Shown here piece by piece: positions 62,241 through 64,000 of a DNA stretch of 64,000 nt (position 1 is its first letter; each line of letters opens with the position of its first letter). The translations under genes were made by a program, and so were the position numbers. The stretch comes from Mobula hypostoma (taxonomy: Eukaryota), in contig NC_086108.1 in NCBI RefSeq assembly GCF_963921235.1, positions 8,680,001 through 8,744,000 on the forward strand, read 5' to 3'. Below the pieces are notes generated by a model. It saw nothing but the letters and a program-made list of their open reading frames with translations. It was not told the DNA's origin and made no database searches.

Positions 62241-62957
62241 CTTTGAATGAAATGAGTTGTTTGTGCTAACAACCAACACACCCTAGGGATGTGCTGGGGG
62301 GCAGCCTGCAAGGGTTGCCACTCATTTCGGTGCCAACATATTTGGGGACCTTGCTTATCACTGGTGACTATGGGACTGAGATAAATAGTCATGAGAAACA
62401 GGGAGAAGATAGAAATAGGACATTTCAGTTCATGCGTAGGGGGTAAAGGTTAGACAACTGATGGAACCTTCAGGCTGGTTTTTGCTGGAGATGGTTTACT
62501 GGGGACAATGAAGACCAAGAGAAAGCATCTAAAAACCATAGCAACGTAGAGCACTGAGGATCAGTCAGAAGTCAAGGCACTGAAGGCCGCAACTGAGGGT
62601 CTGTGAGGTCATGAGGAATGTTGATATCTGGCAGTCTGTGAATTCACTGCCAGCTGGCAGCCTCTACTTTATTAGAAGTTTGTGTAGATTTGGCATGTCA
62701 TTTAAACCTTTGACAAACTTCTATAAGTACACAGTGCACTCACAATACACGACCTGATACAGAAACGCCTATAGCCGGGAATGCAAAAATCTCCAGGAAA
62801 TGGTGGATAAAGCCCAGTCCATCACAGGCAAAGCCCTCCCCACCATTGAGCATATCTACAAGGAGCACTGCAACGGGAAAGCAGCATCCATCATCAAGGA
62901 CTCCCACCATCCGTACCATGCTCTCTCCTCACTACTACCACTGGAAAGGAGGTACAG

Positions 62958-63331
62958 GAGCCTTAGGTCCCACAATACCAGCTTCAGGAACAGTTATTAC
63001 CCTACAACCATCAGGCTCCTGAACCAGAGGGGATAACTTCACTCACCACAATGAGCCTCAGGTCCCACACCACCAGGTTCAGGAACAGTTATCACCCCAC
63101 AACCATCAGGCTCCTGAACCAGTGTGGATAACTTCACTCACCACAATGAGCCTCAGGTCCCACACCACCAGGTTCAGGAACAGTTATTACCCCACAACCA
63201 TCAGGCTCCTGAACCAGTGTGGATAACTTCACTCCCCACAATGAGCCTCAGGTCCCACACCACCAGGTTCAGGAACAGTTATTACCCCTCAACCATCAGG
63301 CTCCTGAATCAGATAACTTCACTCACCACAA
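62958..63331 (+). repeat. Second array (4 units) of the same 95-bp repeat inside a Rex1/Babar LINE 3' end (about 62670-63530)
   Basis: Unit starts at 62958, 63053, 63148 and 63243, with the same CCACAAT-GAGCC junction as the 237-1274 array. Confidence 0.93.
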
Positions 63332-64000
63332 CTCTGAACTGATTCCATAACCTACAGGCTCACTTTCAGGAACTCTACAAGTCATGCTCTCAATATTATT
63401 TATTTATTTAAAATTTGCATAAATTCTCTTCTTTTGCACATTTATTGTTTGTTGGTTGTGTTATCTATAGTTTTTCATAAATTCTAATATATTTCTTTAT
63501 TTTCCTGGAAGGTAGTATATGACTTTATATTCTTTTTTTTTATAATACTTTAATCAAAGTATTCTGACTTTGATGAAGATGCGAGAAGCTTCAAAAGTAA
63601 CTACAGTACTGTAGAAAAGTCTGAGGATTGTTCAGAATCAGATGACCTTGCCTGGTGTCTCAGGGCTGGCTGTGTCTGCATCTCCCCTACCCCTCTGCCC
63701 CAGCACTCCTTCTCTGCCACCTGTCCCACACCCCCCTCACCATTCCTAACATCCTTTGCTCCCACCAGATTTACAAACTCACTGCACTCCACGTTGACAA
63801 ATTACGGTCCTCTGCAAAAGTCTCAGGCACCCTGGCTGTACACATGTACCTAAGACTTTTGTGCAATACCTGTAGACCGACTGAAAACACAACATTCGGT
63901 AGGAAAAACAGAGCTAGCTCAAGGTCAGGTCTATTGTTGTCACAGGAATACACGCACAGGGTATAAATCCCACGAATATTAGCATTTAACAGCCACAACA

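Overview
Eukaryotic, vertebrate genomic DNA. The repeat content (HE1/V-SINE-like SINEs, dense CR1, Rex1/Babar and Penelope elements) suggests a cartilaginous fish, probably a ray; this is inference. Only one host gene is supported: a minus-strand Six1/2-subfamily homeobox gene. It has three coding exons (45183-44788, 38545-38382, 37411-37132; 279 aa), canonical GT-AG junctions, the conventional intron after coding nt 560 and an extra phase-0 intron between K132 and E133. It is diverged from SIX1 and lies about 2.2 kb from an RFX X-box cluster. The rest is mostly nested transposons: CR1 LINEs (two with most of ORF2), Rex1/Babar LINEs, a 5'-inverted L1/Tx1 fragment, GIY-YIG Penelope-like elements with minimal type I hammerhead ribozymes, three solo LTRs and several SINEs. 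Tandem repeats include a 95-bp LINE-derived array at both ends of the window, a 4.9-kb 35/45-bp minisatellite and long microsatellites. The most notable points are the divergent three-exon Six paralog candidate, the TSD-flanked fold-back Penelope mini-elements joined inside the hammerhead, and the 95-bp array that appears to have moved between different LINE copies. Repeat family names and comparisons with human SIX1 are from memory, not from database searches.
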